From Torpedo marmorata (lineage: Eukaryota): a DNA stretch of 64,000 nucleotides. The stretch lies in the NCBI GenBank assembly GCA_977017645.1, contig OZ360237.1, forward strand, positions 93,000,001 to 93,064,000, written 5' to 3'. The position numbers were made by a program, and so were the translations under genes. The notes below the pieces were generated by a model, which made no database searches, had not been told where the DNA came from, and saw only the letters and a program-made list of their open reading frames with translations. Within the stretch, counting starts at the first letter, position 1, and every line of letters begins with the position of its first letter. Below are positions 62,801 through 64,000 of this stretch, in pieces.

Positions 62801-64000
62801 TATCTATTCCCAGATCCCTCTGTTCTACTGCACTCCTCAGTGCCCTACCATTTACAGTGTATGTCCTTTCTTGGTTTGTCCTTCCATAATGCAACACCTC
62901 ACACTTGTCTGCATTAAATTCCATCTGCCATTTTTCAGCCCACATTACCAGCTGGTCCAGATCCCTCTGCAAGCTTTGAAAACCTTCTTCGCTGTCCACA
63001 ACACCTCCAATCTTTGTGTCATCTGCAAATTTACTAATCCAATTTACCACATTATCATCCAGATCATTGAAACAGATGACAAACAACAATGGTCCCAGTA
63101 CCGATCCCTGAGGCACACCACTAGTCACAGGCCTCCAGTCTGAGAAGCAACCATCCGCCACTACTCTGGCTTCTCCCATCCAGCCATTGTTAAATCCAGT
63201 TCACTACTTCACCATGAATACCTAGCGTTTGAACCTTCCTGACTAACCTCCCATGCGGGACCTTGTCAAAGGCCTTAATAAAGTCCATGTAGACAATATC
63301 CACAGCCTTTCCTTCGTCTACTTTCCTGGTAACCTCCTCTAAAAACTCTATAAGATTGGTTAAACACGATCTACCGTGCATAAAGCCATGTTGACTATCC
63401 CTAATCAGTCCCTGGCTATCCAAATAATTGTATATCCGAACTCTTAGAGCACCTTCCAATAATTTACCTACTACTGACGTCAGGCTCACCGGCCTGTAAT
63501 TTCCAGGGTTACTTTTGGAGCCTTTTTTAAACAATGGAACAACGTGAGCTACCCTCCAATCCTCCGACTCTACACCCGTGGCTAAGGACATTTTAAATAT
63601 TTCTGTCAGAGTCCCTGCGATTTCTACACTAGCCTCCCTCAAGGTCCGAGGGAATATCTTGTCAGGCCCTGGGGATTTATCCACCCTTATTCGCTTTAAG
63701 ACAGCAAGCACTTCCTCCTCTTTAATCTGTATAGGTTCCATGACCTCACTGCTTGTTTTCCTTACTTCCCACGACTCTGTGCCCTTTCCCTTAGTGAATA
63801 CTGAGGGAAGAAAAACCATTTAAGATCTCCCCCATCTCTTGTAGCTCCATACAAAGCCGACCACTCTGATATTCAAGGGGACCAATTTTATCCCTTACTA
63901 TCCTTTTGCTCTTAATATACCTGTAGAAACCCTTAGGATTTTCGTTCACATTGTCTGCCAAAGCAACCTCATGTCTTCTTTTTACCCTTCCTGATTTCTT
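59870..64000 (-). mobile_element. CR1 LINE running off the window, with nested insertions (60200-60435 CR1 3' stub; 60610-62624 Rex/Babar)
   Basis: ORFs 63190-63819 (NYRPVSLTS, KAFDKVPH), 62796-63179 (GVPQGSVLGP, KFADDTK), 62486-62785 and 60294-60584. Confidence 0.85.
60610..62624 (+). mobile_element. Rex/Babar family 1, 5'-truncated copy inserted in a CR1
   Basis: Translation near-identical to the 23.5-25.5 kb copy; aataaattctgattctg tail; the CR1 sequence tccttcctg|tagttaggcg rejoins across it. Confidence 0.9.

Overview
Eukaryotic, repeat-dominated genomic DNA. The repeat repertoire (CR1, Rex/Babar, AT-rich L1, Penelope-like and HE1/V-SINE-like elements) suggests a cartilaginous fish, possibly a ray; this is inference. 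One host gene is visible: CIAPIN1 (anamorsin/Dre2, cytosolic Fe-S assembly) on the + strand, as seven short GT-AG coding exons from 26797 to 56556, equivalent to human exons 3-9. I did not find the first coding exon in this window. As written, exon 5 carries an apparent 5-nt microduplication that gives a premature TAG. Most of the rest is transposon-derived: five antisense L1 insertions (two nested in other L1s, four with clear TSDs), a two-LTR Gypsy provirus with a tRNA-Trp PBS and a GGGAAAC frameshift site, two IR/DR Tc1 elements (one made of two inverted left ends, one carrying a solo LTR), three Rex/Babar families, CR1 and Penelope fragments, and large G-rich and C-rich minisatellites on either side of exon 5. 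I cannot claim a wholly new system. The best leads are the exon-5 lesion with its complementary flanking arrays, the left-left Tc1, and tandem NRF1-type palindromes inside L1 ORF1.
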